Assembly: GCA_049366815.1 (NCBI GenBank)
Contig: JBMNCO010000087.1
Span: 10,317 to 74,316 of the forward strand
Reading direction: 5' to 3'
Source: Desulfatiglandales bacterium
GTDB taxonomy: Bacteria; Desulfobacterota; DSM-4660; Desulfatiglandales; HGW-15
Length of the DNA: 64,000 nucleotides
Position 1 is the first letter of the stretch. Every line of letters begins with the position of its first letter. A program made the translations under genes and the position numbers. The notes beneath the pieces are model-generated. The model was not told where the DNA came from. It was given only the letters and a program-made list of their open reading frames with translations, and made no database searches. Shown in pieces: positions 45,269 through 55,800 of the stretch.

Positions 45269-47029
45269 GTGAATAGAGAAAATTCCTCCAAATTTGCGTC
45301 TGTTCTTTCTCTCCTTTCTATTAATGAACAAGCAATCATGGCCATACTGGGAACGTTTGTCGGGCTTGCCGGCGGCTTTGGTGCGATCGGCTTCCGGTAT
45401 CTCATCGAATTTTTCCAGTCCATTTCCTATGGGAGCGGAGGAAATCTGCTGGAGATGGTCCTGGCCAAGCCCTGGTATCTGACGGTCTGGGTCCCTGCCG
45501 CCGGAGGACTCTTTGTGGGTCCCCTTGTGTATTTTTTTGCCAGGGAAGCCAAGGGGCACGGCGTCCCGGAGGTGATGGAGGCCGTCGTGCTCCGCAAGGG
45601 CGTCATCAGGAAGAGAGTCGTACTCATCAAAACCCTGGCGTCCGCGGTGAGCATCGGGACCGGGGGATCCGTCGGACGGGAAGGGCCGATTGTCCAGATC
45701 GGGTCAGCCATCGGATCGGTCATCGGGTGGTTACTGAGGATTTCAGGAGACAGAACCAAGACCCTTGTGGGTTGCGGCGCCGCCGCAGGAATCGCAGCCA
45801 CCTTCAATGCCCCCATCGCCGGATCCATGTTCGCGCTTGAAATTATCCTCGGCGATTTCGGCCTGGCAACCTTTAGCCCCATCGTGATCTCCGCTGTGAC
45901 GGCAACCGCTGTTTCCCGCCACTTTCTAGGCAATACGCCTGCCTTTATCGTCCCCGCCTACCAACTTGTCAGCCCTTGGGAACTCTTCCTCTATGTGGGG
46001 TTAGGCCTCTTTTGCGCCCTGGTGGCCGTGGCCTTTACCAAGACCCTCTACTGGACGGAAGATTTCTTCGGCCGCATCAAATTCCCTGAATACCTGAAGG
46101 CCGTTTTGGGCGGCCTGATTCTCGGTTGTCTCGCCCTGGCCTTTCCCCATGTACTGGGTGTGGGCTACCCCGCCATTGACCTCGTCCTCATGGAAGAGCT
46201 GTCCTGGGCGTTCATGTTCATGCTGATCATTGTCAAGATCTTGGCCACCTCTATTACGATTGGATCCGGAGGATCCGGAGGGGTCTTCGCCCCATCCCTT
46301 TTCCTCGGCGCTATGGCAGGGGGATTCTTTGGATCCGTCGTCCACACCGTCTTACCCGGGGTGACGGCCTCTCCGGGTGCATACAGCATCGTCGGCATGG
46401 CCGCAGTCGTAGGGGGCACCACTTTCGGGCCCCTGAGCGCCATCCTCATCCTTTTTGAGATGACCGGGAATTACAGGATCATTCTTCCCCTCATGATTGC
46501 GTGCATTATCAGTTCGGTGGCAGCCGGTCAAATCTTCAAGGAGTCGATCTATACCCTAAAACTCGCAAGAAGAGGGATCAATATCAGGGCCGGTAAAGAG
46601 GTCAATGTGCTGAGATCCATCCCCGTCAGGGAGGTTATGAATCCCAATGTAGAGACGATCCCGCAAAACCTCACCCTGGGCAAGTTTGCTCGAACGATTG
46701 GAGAGAGCAAATACAATAGCTTTCCTGTCGTGGATGAGGCAGGCCGTTTGGCAGGGATTCTGTCATTTATTGATTACCATGACGTCATCCATAACGAAGA
46801 CCTGCAAGACCTGATCGTGGCACAGGAGCTGGCCACACAGGATGTTGTAACTGTATCCATTGATGACAACCTCTTTAATGCCTTGGAAAAGATCACCTCC
46901 AAGGATTTTTCCATCCTTCCTGTTGTCGGCTCCGATGATCCTTATGAGTTGCTGGGTGTCCTTACGCGGCGGGACATCTTGGGTGCCTATGATAAGGCTG
47001 TGATCAAGAAATCGGTTCTTCAAGGATAG
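45269..47029 (+). CDS. ClC-family chloride channel/antiporter with a C-terminal CBS pair
   Basis: Selectivity motifs GHGVPE, GREGP and GGVFAPS. Two CBS domains at the C-terminus. GTG start. Confidence 0.9.
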   Translation: MNRENSSKFASVLSLLSINEQAIMAILGTFVGLAGGFGAIGFRYLIEFFQSISYGSGGNLLEMVLAKPWYLTVWVPAAGGLFVGPLVYFFAREAKGHGVPEVMEAVVLRKGVIRKRVVLIKTLASAVSIGTGGSVGREGPIVQIGSAIGSVIGWLLRISGDRTKTLVGCGAAAGIAATFNAPIAGSMFALEIILGDFGLATFSPIVISAVTATAVSRHFLGNTPAFIVPAYQLVSPWELFLYVGLGLFCALVAVAFTKTLYWTEDFFGRIKFPEYLKAVLGGLILGCLALAFPHVLGVGYPAIDLVLMEELSWAFMFMLIIVKILATSITIGSGGSGGVFAPSLFLGAMAGGFFGSVVHTVLPGVTASPGAYSIVGMAAVVGGTTFGPLSAILILFEMTGNYRIILPLMIACIISSVAAGQIFKESIYTLKLARRGINIRAGKEVNVLRSIPVREVMNPNVETIPQNLTLGKFARTIGESKYNSFPVVDEAGRLAGILSFIDYHDVIHNEDLQDLIVAQELATQDVVTVSIDDNLFNALEKITSKDFSILPVVGSDDPYELLGVLTRRDILGAYDKAVIKKSVLQG

Positions 47030-47196
47030 TTCCGGGACTGCAAGAGCCCTTTCCGACCCGACGGTGATCAACCGCCCTTTCCACTCAGGCACCGCCGTTT
47101 TGGGGCACGTACCATCAAGCTCGGAAACAAAGCGATTTTCTGCTTCGGCGGTATCGGTTTTGTACAAGATTGAAGGACTTGTTGGTTTGGATCACC

Positions 47197-47817
47197 CTAT
47201 GGTTTGCATGTGCGACAGGGACTGTATCCTTCCCAGAAGGCGTCTTTGCGGCTCTTAAAACGTATCAGATTATTGGCATGGATGTTTTTGGAGTGGGGGC
47301 ATGTGGGTCTGTGGAATCGGTGAGACCGGGAGTTTCCGAGGTAGCCTTTTTCGGGTTTTGCGGGAGTTGCCTTCCAGATACCGATTCCTTTCCTCATAGC
47401 CTCTCGCTGGTTTTCAAGCAGGAGAGGAAAGTGCATGAGATTGGGCCGTTTGAGCATGACAAAAGCGAGTCCCTCCCTTACCATGATGGCGTTTACCATC
47501 TCTCCGTTTTCAAGGTAGACATAGGCCAGTAGACGGCCGTATCTGTCTTCCCTTTCCCGGTCAAATTCCAGCCTCACCTTTGCCTGTCCAGTCAACCGTT
47601 GATTGAAAGCCTTGGAAGCCAGGGCCATGTATTCGCTCTTTTCCCCATTATGCCCTATTTCGGGTGCGTCAATGCCCAGATATCGCACCATGCGTCCGTC
47701 CTTGAGGCATATCGTATCACCATCGCAAACCCATTTCACCGGGTGACAGGGCGATGGAATCCGGGACAAACCGAGAAAGGTGATACAGGCGAAGAGCAAA
47801 AGACTTTTGCGTTTCAT
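47197..47817 (-). CDS. Thermonuclease (SNase-like) with a C-terminal Ada-type zinc-binding tail
   Basis: DGDTI...RYLGIDAPE...DRYGRLLAYV SNase motifs. C-terminal FHRPTCPH...SPCRTCKP. Confidence 0.85.
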   Translation of the reverse strand: MKRKSLLLFACITFLGLSRIPSPCHPVKWVCDGDTICLKDGRMVRYLGIDAPEIGHNGEKSEYMALASKAFNQRLTGQAKVRLEFDREREDRYGRLLAYVYLENGEMVNAIMVREGLAFVMLKRPNLMHFPLLLENQREAMRKGIGIWKATPAKPEKGYLGNSRSHRFHRPTCPHSKNIHANNLIRFKSRKDAFWEGYSPCRTCKP

Positions 47818-47921
47818 GACTTACGATCATCCTTAATTTTTTAGAATGAAGTTTGGTGATAGGCAATACAAATTAAATTTACAAAGATAAGATACTTTTG
47901 TTTACTGTTAATAGGTTTTCG

Positions 47922-47950
47922 TTGACTTCACAGGTTTTAGGTATTATAAG
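47922..47950 (+). promoter_or_regulatory. Sigma70-like promoter candidate for the small HTH gene
   Basis: TTGACT (47922-47927), 17-nt spacer, TATAAG (47945-47950), in a strongly AT-rich spacer. Confidence 0.35.
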
Positions 47951-48010
47951 GAACAATAGCATGTGAATGATTAGAACACAAAATTCGAAAAAGATATTGA
48001 GGAGTTGACC

Positions 48011-48181
48011 ATGCCACAGATAATGACGACAAAGGAATTGGCGAAATATTTAAAGCTGCATGAAATAACGATCTGCAAGTATGCTGCGGAGGGAAAAATC
48101 CCTGCAATCAGGATCGGTCGGGTCTGGAGATTTGACAAAGAAGCTATTGACAAGTGGATCAGCGGCGGACAGAAGAAATAA
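48011..48181 (+). CDS. Excisionase-family (MerR-like) helix-turn-helix DNA-binding protein (56 aa); absent from the ORF track
   Basis: GAGGAG RBS 6 nt upstream. MPQIMTTKELAKYLKLHEITICKYAAEGKIPAIRIGRVWRFDKEAIDKWISGGQKK has the typical excisionase-type HTH with the RFxxxxxxxW tail. Confidence 0.65.
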   Translation: MPQIMTTKELAKYLKLHEITICKYAAEGKIPAIRIGRVWRFDKEAIDKWISGGQKK

Positions 48182-48429
48182 GCGAAGAGGGACGATGAAA
48201 ACTTGTCAGGGATTGGAGCATTTATCTGGATCAACATGGACCTGTTCATGCTGCGGCAAAGGGAACCGGATGCGCCGGTGTAAACGATTGGATTTTCATC
48301 CCGGAGGCTGGGCCTCCAGGGGTTGGAAGCAAAACAATTTGGAAGCGGATGCACTGTAATCACTTGAAAATCGCTTGTGTAAGGGAAGTAAATCTGAGCT
48401 TCTCAGGGCCAGGCGTCGTGCGGCCGTTC

Positions 48430-49611
48430 CTAGTCATAGAGGAGGAAGGTCTTTCGATGCTCCTGAAAGCCCTCCAGATCTGTAAGCCATTGTTGTTTGA
48501 TGTGAGATAGGTCCTCGCCCATTTCCAATCTTCTTCTCAGGTACGAATCACCCAATATCAGATCGATCGGCATTTTGTCGAATTCATATTCATAAGGAGG
48601 CCTTTTCCACAGAAATTGATCTCTATGGAGGGAAATCACCGCCTGCAACAGGGCCAGAGCGGTAAGATAGGGCTGGTAGAGGTGCACATCCAGGATGTGA
48701 ATCATGAAACCGTGGCAGATTTTCCCCTCCCATTTATGGAAAGTCGGACGGAAGGTCAAATCCCGGAGATAACATCCGGACATGTGTTCCGAGGCCAGAC
48801 GGCCTCTGATCCCCTGTGTGTCTAGAAAAGGTGCTCCGAAGATCTCAAACGGGCGACACGTCCCCCTGCCCTCGGACAGATTGGTCGCCTCCCACATGAC
48901 CTGCCCCGGATAGACCTGGGCGGATTCGACGACGGGCATATTGGGGGAAGGCATAATCCACCTCAGACCGGTATCCTGCCAGAGCATCCGCCGTCGCCAT
49001 CCGTTCATGGGCAAGATCTCAAGATCACATCCCAGATCAAAGACCGCGTTGAAGAGAAGGGCGAGTTCACCCATGGTCAGACCGTGACGCATAGGGATGG
49101 CACAGGGGCCTACAAAGGAATAGAGATCCGCCCTCAGAAGATTGCCTTCGACGACCTCTCCCCCAAGGGGATTGGGCCGATCGAGAATGAGCACCTTTAT
49201 TTTGGCCTTTGCCGCGACCCTGAGACAGCCGAGCATTGTAGAGGCAAAGGTGTATACTCTCGTCCCTACATCCTGAAGATCAATAAGCAGGATCTCTATC
49301 TCTTCAAACATCTCGCGGGCAGGCTCTCTTGTTTCGGCGTAGAGGCTGAGTATGGGAATATCCAGATCCCTGTCTCGGGCATGATCTGTCTCCACCATGT
49401 TGTCCTGGTCTTCTCCACCGAATCCGTGCTGCGGGCCGAAAAGCAACCTAAGTCGGCCCGGAAGTCGCTCGGTGATCACCTGTTTGCCCGGCCTGAGGCG
49501 GCTGTCAACAGAGGCCTGGTTACAGAGATAACCCAATCGGTGACCCTTCAGTTTGCGCCAGTAGGTGTCCCTCAAAACATCGAGTCCGGTGGCGACTCTG
49601 TGCGTCATCAT
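48430..49611 (-). CDS. DUF1343-family protein (NamZ-like exo-beta-N-acetylmuramidase family)
   Basis: 393 aa. Conserved stretch LFGPQHGFGGEDQDNM, plus length and architecture typical of DUF1343. Confidence 0.8.
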   Translation of the reverse strand: MMTHRVATGLDVLRDTYWRKLKGHRLGYLCNQASVDSRLRPGKQVITERLPGRLRLLFGPQHGFGGEDQDNMVETDHARDRDLDIPILSLYAETREPAREMFEEIEILLIDLQDVGTRVYTFASTMLGCLRVAAKAKIKVLILDRPNPLGGEVVEGNLLRADLYSFVGPCAIPMRHGLTMGELALLFNAVFDLGCDLEILPMNGWRRRMLWQDTGLRWIMPSPNMPVVESAQVYPGQVMWEATNLSEGRGTCRPFEIFGAPFLDTQGIRGRLASEHMSGCYLRDLTFRPTFHKWEGKICHGFMIHILDVHLYQPYLTALALLQAVISLHRDQFLWKRPPYEYEFDKMPIDLILGDSYLRRRLEMGEDLSHIKQQWLTDLEGFQEHRKTFLLYD

Positions 49612-49856
49612 CTCTCCCCTCTGTCAGACTGGTTGGCCTTTAGGTATCCTTTACGTATTTTGGGTCAAGGCAAGATCCGCTATACCGGTCCCTCACGGCC
49701 GGTGTCCGGATCAGTTTCACCCCTTCGTGCCATGCCCTGCTGAGAAGTCCATCTCTGTGAAGTGGAAGCTACCAGATGGAGGCCGGCAGGTCAACAGACA
49801 TGTCATGGGGGGATGAAGGGATCGATGCCTCGTTTTTTCATAGTGTTTGCTGATAA

Positions 49857-49911
49857 CTGACCGCTGACGGCTGTCAGGGAAGGGCGAATCCGGATATGCT
49901 CATTTCCGGAT
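49857..49911 (+). repeat. Hairpin repeat family 2, copy S3
   Basis: CTGACCGCTGACGGCTGTC (49857-49875), then ATCCGGATAT-gctc-ATTTCCGGAT (49888-49911). Matches copy S1 in inverted orientation. Confidence 0.65.
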
Positions 49912-50205
49912 AAGCATTCCCTTATTTCGCTTACAAGATTTAGGGGGACAGACTCGAATCTGACGTCATTCTGCCCCTTCTCTATTGCATGAATTCCCTT
50001 TTTTGCTTAAACTCCTTTCATAGCCGTTACAGGCCCCTTCGATGGCGTGCGGGGGAAAAGGGCGCCTCGGGAGTTCTCCGCGTTAAAGCGGGGTGTAGAG
50101 TCTCTTGTCCCGGAAAAGAATGGATAAGGACATGAATTTCGACCTGTCGCGTAAGTCACGGTATCTTATGGCAGCCCGATCCAAGGAAAGGATTCGAATG
50201 ATCGC

Positions 50206-51684
50206 ATGAGCCCTTCCCAAAACCCCGTCTTGATCCATGTCGCCCGGTTTTTCCTCTATGGGATTCTCCTCTTTTCAGGATGCACCCCAACAGAAAGATA
50301 TACCTATGAGCGAATCAGGGCGGCCCACGGCGGCGCCGAAACGCTTTCCCTTCAGAAGGCACAAGGATCGCCCTGTTCCGAATTTCCCGATCTTTCCGGT
50401 CCCCTGGGCCTCTGGGATGCCGTTGCAGTAGCCCTGAAGAACAATCCGGACATGGACCGGACCCTTGCGCGCATCCATCAAGCAGAAGCGATGATTGACC
50501 GGGCCCTGGCCTCATTCTGGCCGACATTTTCAGTCTACGGAGAGTACCTGCAGGGAAATGCCCCTTCGTCCTATCTTTTTAAGACCATAGACCAGAGAAG
50601 ACTCCCGCCTCAGGTCGATTTCAATGATCCCGGCTGGTTTGAAAATGTTGAAACAGGTATTCAGGGCCAGATCAATCTCTTCAAGGGTGGTCGTGATCTG
50701 CTGCGCAAAAAAATGGCTGAGACAGAGCTCAAGATCCAACAGACCGACAGGGAAAGTGTGGAAAACGCCCTCATCGCTTCAGTCATCCAGGCCTATTTCA
50801 ACGCCCTGGCCGCCGGGGAATTCATCCGGATAGCCAAGACCTCGGTGAACACGATCGAGACGCAGTTACGTATCATGCAGGTCCGTTACGAGGGCGGTGG
50901 GGCACTGAGATCCGATATCCTGTCCCTGAAGGTACATCTGGCGCAGGCAAAGGAAGACCTGTTGCGCATAGAGAACAACTACAACCTTTCTCTTGCGGCC
51001 ATGGCCGATCTTTTGGGCCTGGATCCGGATTCCCCGATCCTCCTGAAGAGGTACGAGGAACGCTTGATGGATCTGCTTCCCGAATACGGGGACGGCCTCG
51101 TCTACGCCCTGGCCCATCGTCCGGAGCTCAAAAAGATCAGGCAGCAGATCGTCCATTCCCGCATGGCCGTGGACATGGCCTGTTCCCAGTACCTTCCCCG
51201 GATGGATGCCCGAATGAAGGTCTATTTCGACGATGAACACCTGGATTTTGAGGCGGAAAGGAAAAATTGGACGGTGGGGGTATTGCTGAACTGGGATCTA
51301 TTCACGGGGCTGAGCACCAGAGCGGAAAAGAACAGGGCACAGGCGATTCTCAATGAGATGATGGCAGGGGATCGCTTGTTGACGAATACCGTGCGGCTGG
51401 ATCTGAAAACTGGGTATCTGAGGCTGGAGGAGGCCGCAGCCAGGCTGAAAGTAGCCCATGCGAGCGTGGAGGAGTCCCGGGAGTCCTTTCATCTTGTAAA
51501 AAGGCAATACGAAGGCGGTTCAGCGACCATCACCCGATATCTGGACGCTGAACTGGCCTGGAACAGGGCACGGTTTCGTTATGCCGCCGCCTGTTACGAC
51601 CGGGAAAAGGCCTCTGCGGCACTCGGACGTGCATTGGGCTTCTGGGTCAACCACGTTCGGGAGGTGTTCGGGGATCATGAGTGA
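50206..51684 (+). CDS. TolC-family outer-membrane efflux lipoprotein
   Basis: Lipobox LLFSGC. Two OEP repeats with the long coiled helices typical of this family. Confidence 0.9.
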   Translation: MSPSQNPVLIHVARFFLYGILLFSGCTPTERYTYERIRAAHGGAETLSLQKAQGSPCSEFPDLSGPLGLWDAVAVALKNNPDMDRTLARIHQAEAMIDRALASFWPTFSVYGEYLQGNAPSSYLFKTIDQRRLPPQVDFNDPGWFENVETGIQGQINLFKGGRDLLRKKMAETELKIQQTDRESVENALIASVIQAYFNALAAGEFIRIAKTSVNTIETQLRIMQVRYEGGGALRSDILSLKVHLAQAKEDLLRIENNYNLSLAAMADLLGLDPDSPILLKRYEERLMDLLPEYGDGLVYALAHRPELKKIRQQIVHSRMAVDMACSQYLPRMDARMKVYFDDEHLDFEAERKNWTVGVLLNWDLFTGLSTRAEKNRAQAILNEMMAGDRLLTNTVRLDLKTGYLRLEEAAARLKVAHASVEESRESFHLVKRQYEGGSATITRYLDAELAWNRARFRYAAACYDREKASAALGRALGFWVNHVREVFGDHE

Positions 51685-52846
51685 TCATTCGAAAAAGGAT
51701 TGGCGGGTTCTCTCCTGGGTCGGCGGCGGTATGGCCCTGATCCTTCTCATGCTCTATATGGGCGGTTTTTTTACGCCCAACAAGATCGGACCCGGCGACC
51801 GGCTTCCTATGTCCGGTGAAGCGGTTATACCCGAAAAGGCGGTTCTGGCCACAGTGGAAACCATCACCGAATATTATGAGGCCGTGGGCACGGTGCGCCC
51901 TAAGAGGGAGGCCAACATCGAGTCCCAGGTGACCGCGAAGGTCCTCGAGGTTCGCGTTCGACCGGGCGACAGGGTAGTAAAGGGTGATGTCCTCATTGTC
52001 CTTGACAGTCGGGAATCCCAAGCCCGCCTCGGTCAGGCGGCGGAAGGCCTCATGTCCGCAAAGGCCCGTCGTTCCCAGGCCGCTCGCGTTGTTTCAGCGG
52101 CTGAGGCCGCCCACGACCAGGCGAGCTCGGCCTACAGGCGTGTAAAGGGCTATTTTTTATCCGAGGCGGCGACCTCCCAGGATCTCGAACAGGCCGAATC
52201 CGCTTTTGTTCAGGCCGAGGCCGGCATGAAACGGGCAAAGGACGGGCTCACGGAGGCCGATGCCGGCGTGAATCAGGCCCAGAAGGTCGTGGAACAGGCC
52301 AGGATAGATTTGGGTTATGCCGAAATCCTGGCGACCGAAGAGGGTGAAGTCGTAAAACGCCTTACAGAACCAGGGGATCTGGCCCGGCCCGGCAAAACGC
52401 TGGTGGTTGTGCAGACACGGGATACCCTCAGGCTGGAGGCGCTGGTCAGGGAGGGGCTGATCAGCCGTGTTTCGAGAGGTACGCCACTTCAGGTCGTGCT
52501 GACAGCTCAGGGCAAGACCCTGCAGGGCCGGGTGGAGGAGGTGGTTCCTTCCGCCGACCCCATGACTCGGACCTTTCTGGTCAAGGTTGGGTTGCCTCCC
52601 GCGCCGGAGCTCTTTCCAGGCATGTTCGGTCGGCTCAGGGTCCCGGTAGCCGAACGCAGCGTGGTGCTCGTCCCAAAGGAGGCCCTATCACAAATCGGTC
52701 AACTGGAGGTCGTGACGGTCCATGAACAAGGGGTGTGGCTGAGGATTTTTGTCAAAACGGGCCGCGAGATCCATGGGAAGGTCGAAATCCTTTCCGGCCT
52801 CAAGGGTGGAGAAACCTTGGCCCTGAGGGGAGGGCGTGATGCCTGA
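51677..52846 (+). CDS. Efflux RND periplasmic adaptor (HlyD/MFP family)
   Basis: N-terminal anchor, alpha-hairpin (Ala/Gln/Glu-rich) and beta-barrel domains. ATG 51677 overlaps the upstream stop by 8 nt. Confidence 0.9.
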   Translation: MSDHSKKDWRVLSWVGGGMALILLMLYMGGFFTPNKIGPGDRLPMSGEAVIPEKAVLATVETITEYYEAVGTVRPKREANIESQVTAKVLEVRVRPGDRVVKGDVLIVLDSRESQARLGQAAEGLMSAKARRSQAARVVSAAEAAHDQASSAYRRVKGYFLSEAATSQDLEQAESAFVQAEAGMKRAKDGLTEADAGVNQAQKVVEQARIDLGYAEILATEEGEVVKRLTEPGDLARPGKTLVVVQTRDTLRLEALVREGLISRVSRGTPLQVVLTAQGKTLQGRVEEVVPSADPMTRTFLVKVGLPPAPELFPGMFGRLRVPVAERSVVLVPKEALSQIGQLEVVTVHEQGVWLRIFVKTGREIHGKVEILSGLKGGETLALRGGRDA

Positions 52847-55800
52847 CCATGATCCCGGACCCACCGGCCTGATTCCCCGCATTGTTCAAAGGTTCATCAC
52901 CTCGAAATTCCCCATCCTCCTCATCCTTGTTTCACTTTCCATGGGTGCGGCCTCTCTTGTGCTGACCCCCCGTGAAGAAGAGCCCCAGATCGTCGTTCCC
53001 CTGGCAGATGTCCTGATCCAGGCACCCGGTGCGAGTGCTGAAGAGGTGGAAAAACTCGTGGCCAATCCCTTGGAAAGACTCCTGTGGCAGGTGGACGGCG
53101 TAGAATATGTCTATTCAACATCCCGACGGGATATGGCCGTCGTAACGGTCCGTTTCCATGTGGGTGAGGACAGGGAACGCTCCCTGGTCAAGCTGCACAA
53201 CAAGATCACCATGAATAAGGACCAGGTGCCGCCCCTGGTCAGGGGTTGGGTGGTCAAACCCGTGGAGATCGACGATGTGCCCATCGTGAACCTGACTTTC
53301 TATTCAGACAGATACAGTGATCACGAACTCCGCCGTGTTGGCGAGGAAGTCCTGGCACGACTGTCCGAGGTGGAAGATATTTCCAAGACGTCTATCGTGA
53401 GTGGGAGAAGACGGGAAGTCCGGGTTGAATTGATTCCTGAAATGATGGCAGGTCTTGCGGTTTCAAAGCCGGAGGTCTACGAAGCCCTGCGCAGCACCAA
53501 CGCGTCCATCACGGCCGGTACCTTCAGCAGAGGAAACCGGGAAATCACCGTATCCAGTGACTCCTTCGTGGCCACAGCCAAGGATATCGAAGATCTGGTT
53601 GTGGGTGTGCATCAGGGGCGCCCGATCCATCTGCGGGATATCGCCCGGGTGTTGGACGGTCCGGAGGAGGCGCTGAATTATTCCCGAATAGGGTTTTCCC
53701 GATTTTATTTACAGCAACGCGGCCTTGAGCCGGAACCCTCCACGTTCCCCGCCGTGACCCTGGCCGTGGCCAAAAAAAAAGGGACCAATGCGGTCCTGGT
53801 TGCGGAGAATGTCCTTTTGAAGCTGAGCGAACTCAAGAGAGACGTCATCCCGGCGGATATCCAGGTTGAGATAACCAGAAATTACGGTCAAACGGCCCAA
53901 GAGAAAGTAAGCGATCTGATCAAGTCCCTGGCCTTTGCCATTCTGATCGTGGTGGCCCTTCTGGCCTTGACCATGGGTTGGCGGGAGGCCCTTGTAGTGG
54001 CCGTGGCCGTTCCCATCAGCTTTTCTCTGGCCCTCTTTGTCAATTATCTCTTTGGTTACACCGTCAATCGTGTGACCCTCTTCGCCCTCATCCTGTCCCT
54101 GGGGCTCGTGGTGGATGATCCCATCACCAATGTGGACAACATCCAGCGCCATATCCTCATGGGCAAGAGGAAACCTTTGCAAGCCACCCTCTTTGCCGTT
54201 AACGAGGTCCTGCCTCCGGTGATCATGTCCACCCTGGCGATTATCGTCTCCTTTACCCCTATGTTTTTTATCACCGGCATGATGGGACCCTACATGGCGC
54301 CCATGGCGGCCAACGTTCCACTGACCGTATCCTTTTCCACCCTTTGTGCACTGACGATCGTGCCCTGGTTGTCCTATTATTTGATGAGGCGACTCGCTCC
54401 CGAGGACAGCTCGGCGGGAAACGACCACGTCCGGCGACAAGCGACCTCCCCATGGATCAGGCGGGCCTATCGTTCGGTAGTGAATCCCTTCCTGGAGTCC
54501 GCCACAAAACGGGTCCTGCTCCTTATCCTGGTCCTTTTCCTCCTGGCCGGATCCCTGTCGCTTGCCCTGTTCCGTTTTGTACCCCTGAAGATGCTGCCCT
54601 TTGACAACAAAAACGAATTCCAGATCGTTGTGGACATGCCTGAAGGGACACCGCTCGAGGCTACGGACCGGGTGATCAGGCATTTCGAAAACTATCTGAG
54701 AGGGGTTCCTGAGGTCACCCATTTCGTCTCCTATGTAGGCACGGCCTCTCCCATGGATTTTAACGGGATGGTGCGCCATGACTACCTCCGGGAAAGCGGG
54801 AATCTGGCCGACATCCGGGTCAACCTTGCAGACAAAAGGGTGCGGGAATACCAGAGTCACGAAATTCTGCTCAGGCTTCGAAAGGACCTGGAAGGCATTG
54901 GAAGGTCCCTGGGGACACGGGTAAAGATTGTGGAAGTCCCGCCCGGTCCACCCGTCCTCTCCACCCTCGTGGCAGAGGTCTACGGGGACCCTTCCAAGAC
55001 CTATGCGGAACTCATTGAGACGGCCGAGGTCATCACGGCGCTTATGGGGCGTGAGCCCTTTGTCGTGGACATCGACAATACGGTGGAGGAGAAGAGAGAC
55101 CGGCTCGATTTTGTCCTGGACAAGGAAAAGGCCGCCCTCCACGGTATTTCCTCCGAGGAGGTCCTGCAGACCCTGCAATTGGCACTGACCTGTGGACACG
55201 CCATAGTCCATGCCCCCGGAGAGCGCCAGTGCCTGCCCCTGCGACTGACCTTTCCGAGGGAAAATCGCACGGACGTGATCGCCCTCTCTCAGATTCCGCT
55301 CAAGACCCGGGGAGGTCATATGGTTCCTCTGGCCGAGATTGGCCGCTTTGCCGAGGTGCCGGAAGAGCAACCTATCTATCACAAGAATCTCGAACGGGTC
55401 GTGTATGTCCTTGGGGAAATGGCCGGCAGGGCCCCGGCCGAAGCCGTACTGGATATGCAAAAGCGACTTCGAAATTCCCCGCCACCTTCCGGTATCCGTG
55501 TCGACTGGGCGGGGGAAGGGGAGTGGAAGATCACGCTTCGGGTGTTCCGAGATCTGGGGGTGGCGAACCTGGCCGCCATGATGGGGATCTATATTTTACT
55601 CGTGCTCCAGATGAACTCTTTTTTCATGCCCCTCCTGATCATGGTGGCCGTTCCAATGACCCTCATCGGCGTCATGCCCGGGTTCTGGATCTTTAATGTC
55701 CTTTTTGCAGAGCCTATCGGTGGATTCCAAAATCCGGTATTCTTTACGGCCACCGGCATGATCGGGATGATTGCCCTGGGCGGGATCGTCATCAGGAACG

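Noticed and set aside
47971-48363. 130-aa minus-strand ORF
   Set aside because: It is antisense to the well-supported HTH gene (which has an RBS and canonical HTH sequence) and has an Ile/Ser/Phe-rich AT-driven composition.
47818-48429. Integrated mobile element or prophage remnant around the excisionase-type HTH gene
   Set aside because: No integrase, recombinase, att-like direct repeats, tRNA target or phage genes are present. Stand-alone excisionase-family HTH proteins are common regulators.
53709-55460. 583-aa ORF antisense to the RND permease gene
   Set aside because: It is a shadow ORF whose His/Gly/Asp/Arg-rich translation has no domain signature. The sense strand encodes a complete AcrB-type protein.
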